A DNA stretch of 63,537 nt, the filler included, from Folioceros fuciformis (taxonomy: Eukaryota): NCBI GenBank assembly GCA_049999805.1. It is 6 parts of 6 records of this genome, joined end to end, with 100 filler letters (N's around TTAATTAATTAA, not from the genome) between each part and the next. Parts side by side here need not be neighbours in the genome. Positions count along the whole stretch, not along the records: positions 1 to 15,476 come from JBNGIO010005241.1; 5 more parts are not named here. One strand, written 5' to 3'. Position 1 is the first letter of the stretch. Every line of letters begins with the position of its first letter. Positions 1 to 13,421 of this stretch are shown here, one piece after another. The notes under the pieces were generated by a model. The model had not been told where the DNA came from, ran no database searches, and saw only the letters and a program-made list of their open reading frames with translations. Made by a program: the position numbers and the translations under genes.

Positions 1-3000
1 TCATTTACTCATCCGTACAGAGTACTGGTCCTTTGGATGTAAGGCAAACTTACATCTCGGGCGTGGGGTTGAGGGGAACAGTTATTAACAATCCTGCCAC
101 GTTCTACATCAATGCCCGTGACTCATTTGGCAATTCTAAAAATGATCCTGGAAGTTTTGGTGAGCCCTTCCGGGTCCGACTTTGCAAGTCGGGACTCTGC
201 AATCTAGGAATGATAACTGTTGTTGACAAGCACAACTGGGGGGGAAGGTATGGTGTAACGTATGTGACTCCTGAGCCTGGTAACTACTCGGTTTATGTGT
301 CATGGTTTGGAAAGGATGTGAAAGGTAGCCCTGCATTCGTGCCTGTTTTGGACTCCATAGGCATGAGAGTTCTTGATGCTTCCAAGTTTATAATCTGTGG
401 GGGATTTCCTTTTGTGGACACTTGCCCTGGACTTTTTGGTTCTGTTGCCAATGAGGAGACTATCATCAGTCTGGATGCGGCGGATGAAAACGGCATTCCA
501 CTGTATGCTGGCGGGGCCGTGCTCAATCTGATTATTGACCCCCCGCCATATTCTGGTAGTGTGCAAGATTTGGAGAATGGAACGTATATAGTATCCTATG
601 TCATCAATGTGGCTGGAAACTACAACCTGACGCTCAAGATTGATGACACGGCATTCCTGAATCAGTCTCTCACAGTATTGCCTGGAGCAACAAGCTCGAA
701 AACCACCCGGCTGTCTGCGCAAATACCACGTTCATGCTCGGTTGGGACTGTTTTCTCAAGCCTGATTATTCCTGTGGATGAGTGGCTGAATGAGCAGGTA
801 TATACATCATCCTATCCTTTGTCAAATGACAAGTTCTCATTGGTGGCTACACCTAGCACGGGAGAGCTTGCATACGGGATAACATCCGTGGCTGCCAATG
901 GCTCCCTGATTGCCTCCCTGACCGTCACAAGGGCTGGAGCTTACAACGTGTCATGCACACTTAATGGCGAACCTCTATCAGGTTAGCATTTTTCTCAACG
1001 AGTCCTGTTAGACTGAGCTGATTTCTGTCAATAAGATGAAGGCATCCAATGAGTTAATGCGTGTTTGTGATCTCAGGTTCCAGTTGGATGCCGGTGGACT
1101 TCTACCCTGGGCCTCCTGTGGCCCACAAGAGTACAGTTCGCTTCCGCCCAGAAACTGTAGCAGGTGCATTGGGCAGCATAACAATCTATCTTCAAGATTC
1201 CTATGGAAACGAGCTAAGTGAAGGAATCAATTGCAATGCCACAGTGTCCAGCATTGACTCTGGTGTAGAACTGAGTCCTCCAGTCTGCGCGACATCATCC
1301 TCTTCCACCTTAGAACTGCTGTTTAACATCACTGAAGCTGGAATATACAACGTAAGCTTCATCACTGTTGATGATTCTGGACTTGGTGCTGCATTTTACT
1401 GCAATGTCACGGTTGTAGCAGATCAACCCTCAGCAGACACATCTACTGTAGTGGGAGGACAGGGGCTTACTAGTACAGTTAGCGGAGCTGAAAGTGTCAT
1501 GCTAATTACATGCCTGGACAAATGGAACAACACATGCTCAGGGGATACGTCACGCGCATTTGTTGTTGTTTTGGAGACGGAAACACTTCCACCTGTTTAT
1601 CCGACAATTTCATCTAATAGCACCTCCCAGGATGGAACGTTGGAGTTGGTGGCAAATTACAGTGCCCTCTATCCTGGAAATTATTGTTGTCGGATCTTAA
1701 TAGGAGACAGAGATTTGAATGGCAGCCCTTTCATTGTGACTGCCCCTATTCTTCCATCGTCTGCAGAGAACTCGTTTGCGGTCATGGACTCTTTTGGTGG
1801 AAGACTGAATACCTCTCTGTCAAGTGCAACTTTGGTGGCAGGCAGTGTTGGCAAGCTGAAAGTGTTCATTCGAGATGTTCGTGGAAATATGCAAGACAAG
1901 TCAGTCATTGACACACTTGATGTTAGATTCTATGCTGATCCTTCAGGTTAGTGACTGTGCTTCTTTGCACCATTTCACAAGGCCACAACAAGTGATCAGT
2001 TCTAAGCATATGACTTACGTTCTTTGAACAGATGGACGCAGTAGAAGATTGCTTGTGATAAGACTTTAGATTGTTCGTTGTGATAAGACTCTGTTGAGAT
2101 TGACTGATAATTCCATTGCAGGACTTCCTGCTACATACCCAGCTGACTCTTTTCCTTCTTATGGCTACCGAGGACGTGGGGATGGAACGTATGAGGTCAC
2201 TTTTTCGGCTACGATGGCAAAGTGCTTTGATTCAGAGTTGGGTGCTCATTTTGATCTCCCATATTTTCTTACAATCAGCTTGGTCTACGGGAATGGCACA
2301 TCCCATCAGATATCTGGCAGCCCATTCAAGTATCGGCTTATCCCTAGTGAAGTGAATGTAGCAAAGACTGAGATTATCCTGGGACAGCAATGGGCAGATG
2401 GTCACGGTTTAAATTGGAGGGTCGACATACTACCAAAAGATGCCTTTGGGAATATTGGGAGGTTTGTGCCAGCCCTAAATGTATCAGCAGCTGTACACCC
2501 TGCTTACGAAGACAGGATTGCCTCGTCAGACGGTAGGTGACCTCGTAAAACTTGTCAGTGACTTAACGTTGTGAAGTGGCTGGGCGTGGTTGTAACTTGT
2601 TGGCTTTTTGCCTTGTGTCACATTATCCAGGTAAGGCGGAACAGCAATCGAAGAAAATGTGGTCAGCTCTATCTTTGGAAGACAGTAAGCTTTTCCTGGA
2701 GAACACGTCTTCAGGATATGCAGAGTTTCGTGACCTTCAGATATTAAGCAGCGGAGAAATGCTGGCGGAATATATTGCGGCACCTCCACTCATTGTGGAT
2801 AACTATGACGGGACATACACTCTCACCTTTTCTGTTATGGTTGCAGGATTCTATAACGTATCTTTGTTCATAAATGATCATCTCATCGGAGGACCATGGG
2901 TCACCCTGTGTTACTACAGAGTTGATGCAGGTCCTGTTGATGTCACTCGAATAAGGCCCAGTGGACAGGGCCTTGGGGACAACCTCACAATAGCAGGGCA

Positions 3001-6000
3001 GCCAAGTTCAATATTGCTACAACTCAGTGACAAGTTTGGCAATTTGTTGTCTGTCCCAAGTGAGAAATCTGCTGGTTACATTACTTACTTGGCAGCAAAA
3101 ATCAGTATCCGTCAGGTGAACAAAAATGGATTTGTTGACTACCATGGTCAAGATGCAAGTGCCTTCGCAAACATATCAACAGATGGAACTGGTGCCATTT
3201 GGTTATACTATCAACCATTGAAGAGTGGCCAGTTGTTCCTCGACTTGAGTTTCACGTCGAACCTCACACACTCGAAGGTTGTAGGGAGTCCTTTCGTTGG
3301 CAACGTTCTGCCTGGGGGTGTCCTTCCAGGCAACTGTATTGCTCGTGGATGTGGGTTAACTTCGGTTCTTGTTTGTACCAAACTGGCCTGCCCAAGCAAT
3401 CCCATCTTACTTCAGGTTCAGGATGGCCTAAATAATGTCCAAGGTTCTGATATTTATCCTGCCGTTTGCAAAGATTTGTCCATAACTGCTGATCCTAGTC
3501 TGGAGTTTAGCACTATTGTCCCCTTCAATGGACTATGCCTAGTCACGTACATAGCTAGGCAGGTATCTGTTGTAAATGTTTCCATCGAGTACGCTGGAAT
3601 CCCAATCGCTTTCAGCCCCTTTCAAGTTGTTGTCCGACCCAATGTGGGAGTCACTTCTCCGGAGAGGTGTGTAGCTACTGGCATCTTGGGGGGAATTATT
3701 GTTGCGGGCCAGATTGTAGCTATTAATGTGCAGTTGGTGGATGCGAATGGTGTCGCTTTGTTTCACAGTCCAGATCTCGGTAACAGCTTTGTAAGCTTGT
3801 CTCTAATCAACAGCAGCAATTTGGGTTCTTCGTCCCCTAGTTTTACATCACTGGATAATGGAAATGGAACTTTTTCTTTAGAGTTTCTGGCACAGAGTAC
3901 TGGACTGTATCATTTTAACATACTTGTTGGTGTGAAACAAATTCCGTTGGGCGGAAATAGAAATGGCTACACTCTACAGGTGCATCTTTTAAGTTTAATG
4001 ATGCATGATTGCTCTAAGTTGCCTCCCTTTTGAGAAACTTTGGCAGTATAAAATTTTCACAGCTTTCAAGCTTCATAATCAATGACTGCTGTGGACTGCC
4101 CTCCTTCTGATTAATCTCAGCACTATCAAATTTAACAAAATGTTGCGACAACAGCTTGACCAGACTCTGCCTGCAGGTGGTTTCAGGTCCCACGCTCGTA
4201 GAGAACACAGGTGTCAGGCTGGCGAGCAATTTAGCTGCCTACAGATCAGGCATAGATGAAATAATCATTGAAGTCCAGCCAGTGGACAGTTTTGGTAATC
4301 TGCAGGATTATATCGTCAGCTCCTTGGATTTTTTTGAGGCACAAATTTTGCAGCCAAATAGTGAGACTTTATACTCACCTCTGGTCCTCAGTTCTGGCAC
4401 CACCCTTTCTGGAATCCCGTATTATTTTTGGGTGCTGGAGTTTGTGCCTGTGCAAGCAGCGTTTGAAGGTGACCCTTGCGTGACAGCGTTCTGTTGAGAT
4501 GTACTCGCTCGTGTCTTTTGGTGGGTTCTCGAAGAAAGCTCAAAAAGACACGGTACCCCCTGCTGTTCACAGGTAGCCTTTACACGTTTAATTTTTTGTC
4601 GAGTAATGGGTCATCAACGGAATTGGTCCCTTCAAAAATCTCAGTTGTAACGTCTCCAGGAGTGCCATATATTCCAAATACTCAGGTATGCATTGGATGT
4701 ATTCATACCCTGAAAGCTTTTCACAAAGTGGCAACTGAAGCGTCATCCAAACGGTGTCCCAACGCAATTGCTTGTTGTCACTTCATCAAATGTGATGAAT
4801 TGTTTAGGGTAGAGCTTATGACACAGACAAGCACAGATACGTTCAAGTTCTGTTGACAGCTGTCTTTGACTCAGGTACTTGGTGAAGGGGCATCCATGGC
4901 ATTGGCAGGAGTTTTGACAACGTTTTTGGTACACCTCTACGATGAATTTGACAACCACATTACAAATTTCTCAGAGATTGCTGAGACTAAAATTTCTTTT
5001 AGTCTAAGGAGCTCTGTGCAGCAGAAATGCAGAGTTGTTTTTTGGCCAGCAGGTGCTATTTGCACATATGTTGCTCAAGCAAGTGGAATATACACTTTGG
5101 ATGTGACAGTTCGAGACTTGGGGACCAAACGGTTCCCTAACCTGCTTGTTGGTGCTGGCCCAGTGTTCACACCCTTCTGCAAAGCGTCTGGTGATGGAGT
5201 GGGTGGAGGTGCTCCCATCTATGCAGGCCTGTCAACCAGGTTAGCTGGGTTAATATAAGAAAAGAGCAGGGGTTCGCTAGTGGATCCTAATGCACAGAGA
5301 CAAAGGCATGCGTATGATGCATTGTGGTGACTGTGAGCCTTGCCTCTTGTCTTCATGTACACACAGGTTCACGATTGAGGTGTATGATGTACTTAACAAC
5401 ACCATATTAGATGCGGGAAGCTTGTTCAATGTGCTTCTTGAAAGTTTGGAAGATGTGAATGATCGATACTTTCAGCCAGATCCTATGTTCCCTTTGTGGA
5501 CGGGATCAGATTACGAAGTGTACTACACTCCTAGGATCGCTGGGTGGTCCTTGTTACATGTGACTAGAAGTTTTATGAATATCTCGGGTTCTCCGTTTTT
5601 TATTAAGGTTGCTGCTAGTAGTGTTGTGATTCGCAGTTTGCATGCTGTACCAAGCGGGCTGGACTTGACATTGTACCTTATTTTGCTGGTGGTCAGGTAC
5701 TTCCAGGTCCGGTGAGTGCGTTCACCTCAACAGTTGACCAAGCATCACTTGGACCATGTGTTTCTGGGGAGACCCATAATATCACTCTTCAGTCGAGAGA
5801 TAGTTCTGGAAACGTACGCCTATCAGATTCCGATGTGTTTCATATCACTAAAATTGTTGAGACTGCTCCAGACGAGTGGGCATCCGCTACGATGACCAGT
5901 CTTGGTCGTGGACTCTATGGGTTTAGCTATCTTTGTGTTCGTGCTGGTTCTAGCGAAGCACAGCCAAATGCTACTCAAATTGTGATCAAATACGGGGAGC

Positions 6001-9000
6001 TCGAGGTTGTAAACGTGGAACTTGCTGTCATTCCCGCTTCTGTTGATCTTTCAAAATGCACTGTAACTTTGAATGGCCACCGACATGCTATCACCATCAG
6101 CGAACCTGGTACCATATTGATAGTCAGCAGAGACTGGGCAGGGAACAGACTCTGGGGAGAGGCACTCAACTTTTGGGCGGTTCTGAAAACCGGTGACAGT
6201 AACGTAACTGCAACATTGAATGATACAATGGATGGCGCGTACCTACTGTCTTATACTCATACAGTCAGTGGCAATCACACTATTCTGGCCTTTCTTGATG
6301 AAGAGCTATTTTTCCAGGATTATGTTGTGGTTTACCCTGCTGATGCTGATGCTGAGAGTACAAAATTAATCTTCAATCCAAGTGGCTATACGGTTGGGAC
6401 CTGCCTCTTCCATATTCAGCTCTTTGACCAGTTTCATAACAACGTTTCAATTGATGCTCTGGTACGCTCAGGGCTGATGCTGATTGTAGCATCAGAAGAC
6501 ATCCCTCCAATTTTCGCTACCCCCAACCCTGTTGTTAACAGCAATGGATCACAATACGATGTGATTTTCACGACAAATCGTACAGGGGTTGTGCAAGTCC
6601 GGGTCAATGTCCTAGGGAAAACTGTCAGAGATCCTGATAACTTAGCTTTTCGTACACAAGTCCTGCCCGGCGATCCGGATCCTAGCAGATTTGTTCTTTT
6701 CGGAGCTGGCATCAAATCTGGTGGAATAGTGAATCAGGTATGTCATGTGTGGAAAAGTTGTGAAACCTGCCCTTGCAAGAGCTTTTCTGTTTTCCTTGTC
6801 TGGATTTCTGCTCTGTCGGGACAGGATCTCTTCAGTTTCTGACAAGAGCTTGCCGGTGTTATCTGATAGGCCACCCTTTTCTATGTCCGCATTAAGGATT
6901 CATTTAATAATACCGTGTTGACATGGCCTTCGAAGATCTTAACTGCTGCATTCAGTCCAGCGTTAGCTGTGACCAGCCCTCCTATCGTTGTGCAGATTGG
7001 TAATGGGACAGCTCAGGTTTCTTATGTGCCTGTCCTCACCATGGCAAACTTGGCAGTTTCCTTCATGTATGATGGGAAGGTGGTTGGACCTACGAGGTAA
7101 TTATCCAGTCATACAACAGCAGCCTGTGTCCGAATAGCAACCTTTGTTTTTATGGCGGTTCTAACATGATCTGTCTTGGCCCAGGTATGTGAGGGTGAAG
7201 TCGCAGGTTGGGTCATGGTCTGTGAAAGACAGTGTTGCCCTTGATTCTCTCGGAGTACCTATCGATCCATTACAACCGGTATTGGGAGTGGTTGGCACTG
7301 ACTTAATTCTGAGTATCCAGCCCCGAGATGCTGATGGCATCGATTTGCCTGGATCTCCAGACCCAGGCACTGTTGCATTTGCTGTTAGAATTGGAGACAG
7401 ATCATTCCCTGTTGGGCCAACGGAAAAGGGACCTTTTGGATTTATCGTGAATCTTTTGGTGTCTCAAAAGTATGTTGTGGAGATAACGTCCCTTGACGGC
7501 AGCATATCCATCAAAAACAGCGGATTTGTGGTGTTCCTCGTCCCTGGTCCTTCTCACCCTGCCAGGACTTTGTATCTGAAATCTGTGTCAACGGTTCTAA
7601 CCTATGCACCAGACACTTATACAGCAGACACGTTGTACAAGGAGGGTATGATGTTTCATGAGAATGATATCATTCAAGTAGGCGATGAGCTAGCTATTAC
7701 TCTGGTTCCATGTGACGAGTTTGGTAATCCCAAACTTTTCCAGCGGATAGAAGGTGGGGACGCATTCACTGCGCGAGCAGACCATGTTCCCAGTTCTTCC
7801 CTGAGCAGTTCCTCAGTCACGGTGAATAGTAGTGGTGCATTTCATGTTCTGTATTTCACACCGCGATTTGGAGGGATCTATGAATTGTCCATCTTCTTAA
7901 ATGGTGTACAAGTAAGAGCATTTTCCTTAGCAGTGGAGTCCTCCCGTATTGATCTCTCAGAATTTGTCTTGCGGCCGGTGGACGACATGGAAGCCGGGAG
8001 GCTTTTTGTTTTAGAGCTGGTAAACTATCTAGCTCCTCCGAGGTCTTTCCCATGTCATTGATTGCTTTTGAGAATGTTGATGCAGCTCGTGTTTTGTGCT
8101 TTCTGATGTATGTATGTATTTATGGCAGCATTACAACGGTGTCGACATCATTTCTAACTTGACTAAGCATCTATTTGTCGAGTTTCATTCCCCTGTGAGC
8201 GGTCTAAAGTTTTCAGCTGCCATGGAACCTACAGACAAGAGTTTCTCCTTCTCCATCTCAACCGTTATAACAGTTGCAGATGTCTATGACGTTATGCTTA
8301 TCGATTCTCAAACACAAATCACTGGAGAGGGTCCCTTGCCTACAGTAGTGGGATCAGTGCTGGTTGTTCCTGGAGATATTTCGAATTCGACCAGTACAGT
8401 AAATGTATCCCCTTCCTTCACTCGTGCGGGTGACGAAATTTTAGTCTCGGTAATAGGAAGAGATGTCTGTGGGAATTTGAACTGTTCTTTGCCGTCAGTT
8501 CTATCAAGTCCCCATTACTCACTGCAAGTGGACTTCGGCTGTACTGAGAATGCCTCTACGACTTTACAACTCTATTCTAAACCCAGGGAGTACTCTGGTT
8601 CTATTCGTTTCACTCCAACAAATCCTGGGTTGGTTGACATATCCATCAACTGGGTTGACACAGTCATAGAGGTTCAGATTGATGTCCTGAGTTATCATTC
8701 TCCTACTCTCATCGGTGCCATATTGTCCAATAATCTCAACAGAATAAAGGTCTTGTTTGACGAAGACACGGATAGTGGTAGGCTGGACTTTCCGAAGCCT
8801 ACGCATTGGATTTTCTGAATGTTCCGGGCTGCTTAGACTTTTGAGGACTTTGGTTGGGGCCATTTCTGTGCAGGCTATTTCAGTGGATCGTTCAACCTCA
8901 GTGGCGCAGATAGATGTGCAGCTTTTCTCGATGCGTCTGTTCTCCCAAAGCTCGGCTCAAACCCGTTGTGCACTTTCTATGATCCTAGGACTCTAATCAT

Positions 9001-12000
9001 TTCACTAGGATATGCTGCTCAAATTCTTGCTGGTGATTCCGGCTCCGGTGACTACATCACCATCAAGAGTGGCAGCATCTTTAATGCCGAGGGTAATACT
9101 GCTCCACTGTGGTTTTAGAAGTTGATCTGGAAAACTGCCTGGCATGCAGTGCCATTCATTGCAAACTCTTGGAAGAAAGCCAATGTTTGATGTGATGGTT
9201 GATGGTGACAAGCAGGTACTTCTGATCCTGTGAAAGGACAGGTCCCCTTGCAGCAGCCGAACAGTCCTGTTTCACCTGTTGCAAACCTCATTTGCCCAAC
9301 TTCAATTGGCCCCTGTGACCCCCTATTCCTGGATGCGTCAGCTTCATCTGGGTCAGGGGGACGTAACATGATATTCTCATATTCAGTACAGGGCTCTGGT
9401 GACCAAAGTATAGTAAATATTGTGAGAGCCATGTTGAGGAACACCCCTTCAGATCAAATGTGTGTTACGCTTGAGCCAGGCACTCTTCAGCAGGGTGAGA
9501 TCTATAAGTTCACAGTGACTGTGGTCAACTTTAGAGGAGACTCGGCCAGCACCTCCAGGAGTGTGAAGGCGACTGCAAGTCCGGTCCCTTTACTTTCCAT
9601 CTTCGGGTCTGATCAGGTGATGAATGAGGGATACTCTTGTACTGGTCCTCTACGCATTGAGCAGGTCGGGAAGTTGGTAGCAAATGTAACTCTGACCTTG
9701 TCATGGCTATCTGAAGCAGATCCGCATTGGCACCCGTTCTGAACTGATTCAAATTGAAGCAATTGGGACTCTTCCTTCCTCCAAGTCTGTTGATATATCT
9801 GGAAGATGCATTAATGGTTCTAGCACTGCTGCGGCTCTGTCCTCAACACTCGGTTATCAATGGTCACAGTCAGCAGGAAAACTACTTGACCTGAATGCCA
9901 CAATTGTCAATGAGCGTGTTTTGAGCATACCAGGGAGTCAGTTTGATACGGACAGTACCTATGCATTTATGGTTACATGCTACTTTGTTGGCTTCCCTTC
10001 ATCACAATCGACAGCCGAGATAAGTCTAGCCATAAAGTCTTCTTCCCTGTTATTGAGAATTATTGGTGGAAGTAGAAGTGTCAACTCATCTGAAAGCTTT
10101 ACGTTGGAAGCAGTGGTAATTGATCCAGATGATTCTGTAGATCCCTATGGCCTTCCTTACCAGATAAAGTATACCTGGAGGTGCGAACCTGATTTGGGGC
10201 CAAATGCCTTGTTCTTGTTTGAGAAGCAACCATCTAATGATTATGGAAGAATCATAACTGTACCTGCAGGAGTACTTGGCACTGGGACATACAACTTTTC
10301 GGTATTGACCCCTTGTAGTCTGCATGCATTATTTCAGTCTGTTGGCAATGTGTGCTAACAACCACACTTCTTCTTCCTCCTCCTCCTCTTCTTCTTCTTC
10401 TTCTTGTTTTTGTTTTTGTTTTTGTTTTTGTAGGTGACTGTGGACAAGGAACCATTAACTGAAGGAAGAACTGGAGTGACTGCATCATCCATTATTGATG
10501 CCAGTCCTTCTAATGTGCTCTCGGTATCTTTGGTTCTCCAGAATGCAGCACAATTTGCACACGGCATGTCCAGTGCTCAGCAGGTTATGCTGTGGTGTCT
10601 TTCCGATGGGCACGATTTCACTTGGTCCATCGAGTCAGGAACTGACAGGCGGACGTTTTCAGATATTACAGCTACTGCCGAGGGACAGGGTAGTCTTTTC
10701 CTTCCTCCGAACACATTAGTCGGAGGTGCTTCATATGCTGTCCTCTGTTCTGCCAAGTCAGAGGATGCTCAGGGTGTTGCGAAGGTTCACTTCTCAACGT
10801 GGTTTGATCCGTCTGGAGGCACTGTAACCCTAACCAGAGATCCACCTGATGGACCTGACATAGCTGGGCAGACACTTTATACGTTGGTGGCTTATGGATG
10901 GACGCAGGGTGAGGGGCAAGGAGCGCTACAGTACGAGTTCAGGTACATCACTGATAACAACACACAAACGGTCATCCAGCCTCTTTCGACAGTGAACTCA
11001 GCATTTGACTTCGTTGTCAGAGCTGGGTCGGTCACCTTCCAAGTCTATGTGGCAAATCCTGGCCTAATATCTGTCAGAAGTGAAGATGCTCCTCAGGGTA
11101 CCCTGTATCAGCTGCCAAGCATAATTGTGATGAACTCAGAATCCACAGGCACATCCTCTAAGGACACCAGGCGAAGTCTTGTGTCAGTGAATTCCCCAAA
11201 TCTTTTGTTGGGTAAGATTTTCATTGCAAGGGAGAGTGAAAAGCAATATTACAGTGCACTTCAGGTAATGGAGGTTTTCGGTTCAGAGTATATCGGGGAA
11301 GGTTCACTGAACTGCTCTCGTGATCCAAGCGTTGCCGAGGTGGTAAATGACATGCTCAGCATGATCTCTACCACAGACCCCCGGTACCCTCCCCCTTTTT
11401 TGAGTGACACAGTCTCATCAGGCACAGGACCTTATACAGCTCTTGCAGTCGCCTGTGCATACAGCAAGATTCTTGGCAGCCCAGGAAACATCGGCGACAA
11501 TGAACTCCACGCATCCTTAGGGATAATGGTCGACAAACTGCAGCAAGTTGCTCTTCATCGGCTTAATGTGCCATCTGTTTCAGGTGATAATGAGGTTTCA
11601 GTTTGTGCTTTCCGCATACATAATGCCCTGATTGTGAATGCCTTACCATGTACATATGTACCTGCCGTACTTGTGATGGCAGGGCAACCGTACAACCCCT
11701 GCTACTTTGATGCGGTTGATACCCTTCTGAATGCCATACATGCAGGGTGCACTGTGACCAGGGGCAGTCTCATGCATTTAGCCTCAAAAATGCCGATCCT
11801 TCTGGCACAGATTGTGGCAAACAGCGTCGGGTTCGGTGTGCAGTCTCCAAGCTATGTTTTCCGTCCAAGCTTCTCCCTTCTCTCCGCCCACAAACAGGTG
11901 TACGGAGAAGTTGCAACAGTCAACTTCACTGGAAGTGTCCAAAACTTCAAATTTGAAGTAGTTCATTCAACCCAGTTCCGAGGCAGTCTGAGCGCTGCTG

Positions 12001-12463
12001 TGGCATGCTTTCCATCTTTTTCACCCCTGTCAGCCGGAGAATGGATAACTGCCTACTTTTACAGGGATTTGCTGGCAATTCTCGAGGTGTGTGACTTTGC
12101 ATTACTGGGTCCAGAGGCCGGCCTCTCCCAAGTCGTCTCCTTACTTGTGTCCTTCACCAACCTAGTAGCTCCTCTCAACGACACCTTCAAAATCCTCCAC
12201 TTCACAAATGGCACTCTCAGTTTGGATGGCTTCACGGAAAGCAACTACAGGGATGGCACAGTGTCACTGCAGTTGATCAATCTCACTACAGATTATAACA
12301 CTTCATCTAGGCTGGTGCTAGCTCAGGTTGCTAGCCATGCATCAACCACCTTCTCATCAGGGATGCATAGCATCCTGTTACCTGGATTTGCTCTACTCGG
12401 GCTGCTGTGTTGGTGAACTTTCGTCGTGAACAGGATCTTCCGCTACAACCCGCAACTAGATGA
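1..12463 (+). CDS. Giant multi-exon filamin/Ig-like repeat + PKD/REJ-domain protein (5' truncated, >3460 aa)
   Basis: Consecutive + ORFs join in phase via GT-AG introns. Exons: <1-981, 1077-1946, 2122-2532, 2631-3979, 4177-4468, 4573-4685, 4875-5239, 5367-5607, 5697-6737, 6870-7096, 7185-8019, 8129-8777, 8874-9092, 9216-9616, 9720-10301, 10434-11583, 11683-12326, 12434-12463 (3466 codons from position 3). Many filamin-type motifs (RDSFGN, D..NGTY.VSY..AG.Y, I.GSPF). REJ-like motifs: CDPLFLDASASSGSGGR, IIGGSRSV..SFTLEA..IDPD..YTWRC, PSGGTVT..GWT..LQYEFRY. Confidence 0.85.
10366..10430 (+). repeat. Compound microsatellite (CTT/CCT)n-(GTTTTT)n in an intron polypyrimidine tract
   Basis: Directly visible just before the acceptor at 10433. 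Confidence 0.9.
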
Positions 12464-13035
12464 GATCAGGTCAGTCCCGTCCTTGTGCTCACTTTCTGGA
12501 GAAACGACTTCACAACCTTTGAGTCTCTTTGCCGGTGTCTTGAAGAAATATCGTGTGTGTTCCTGGAGTCCTTGCCTGGGGTCTCGAAGAAAAATCGTGT
12601 GTGCACTTCACACCATTTGGCTAGTGATCGCGACGCGAAGCTTTGAAAGAAGTGGAAGATGCTTGTAGGCAGGCAGTAAAATGATGTGGCAATTTTGTTT
12701 GTATGGATCACCCAGCACATTCTTATTGGCTCATGGTGAATTACATGGGCAATTTTAATTGGCAAATGGTACTTTTTAATATTTTTACTCATCTAAGTCA
12801 AAACGATTAAGGTGCATAGATTAAATATTATTTTTTATGTTAATATTATATTATATGATGGGATTATTTTCCTTTTTTTTTACTCATCTGTAGAAATATT
12901 TCCTTTTTTCCATTAATGTTACCTTTCTTAATAGAACTCTCCACTATGGGTTTTATCCTCAAAAGCTAATATTTATTGTTACTACTTGCTCACTAGTCAT
13001 GTATTGTCACTTTACGTAAACCCTAATACCTTACT

Positions 13036-13160
13036 ACTTCAAGCTTAGTATTGGATCAAAGGTGTTTGCCTCTATCTTGCAACTGTTTGTACTTTTTCAA
13101 GCTTAGTATGGATCAAGGGTGCTCGCATCTATATTGCAAGTGTTTGTACTTTTTCAACTT
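13036..13160. repeat. Imperfect ~60-bp tandem duplication
   Basis: ttcaagcttagta(t)ggatcaa..gtg...tctat.ttgcaa.tgtttgtactttttcaa occurs twice in tandem. Confidence 0.8.
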
Positions 13161-13421
13161 TTGCCCTCTATTTTGTTGTACATACGTAGGGTTTTCTTTT
13201 CTNNNNNNNNNNNNNNNNNNNNNNNNNNNNNNNNNNNNNNNNNNNNNNNNNNNNNNNNNNNNNNNNNNNNNNNNNNNNNNNNNNNNNNNNNNNNNNNNNN
13301 NNTCCGATTGTTTCTACTACTAATATTATAGGATTAATATTGTTATCGTGAAGTCGGAAGGGAGATTTAGGGCTAAGCTTTTTGATAAGAGGATTACGAG
13401 TTTCTAAATTGTATCCATAAC

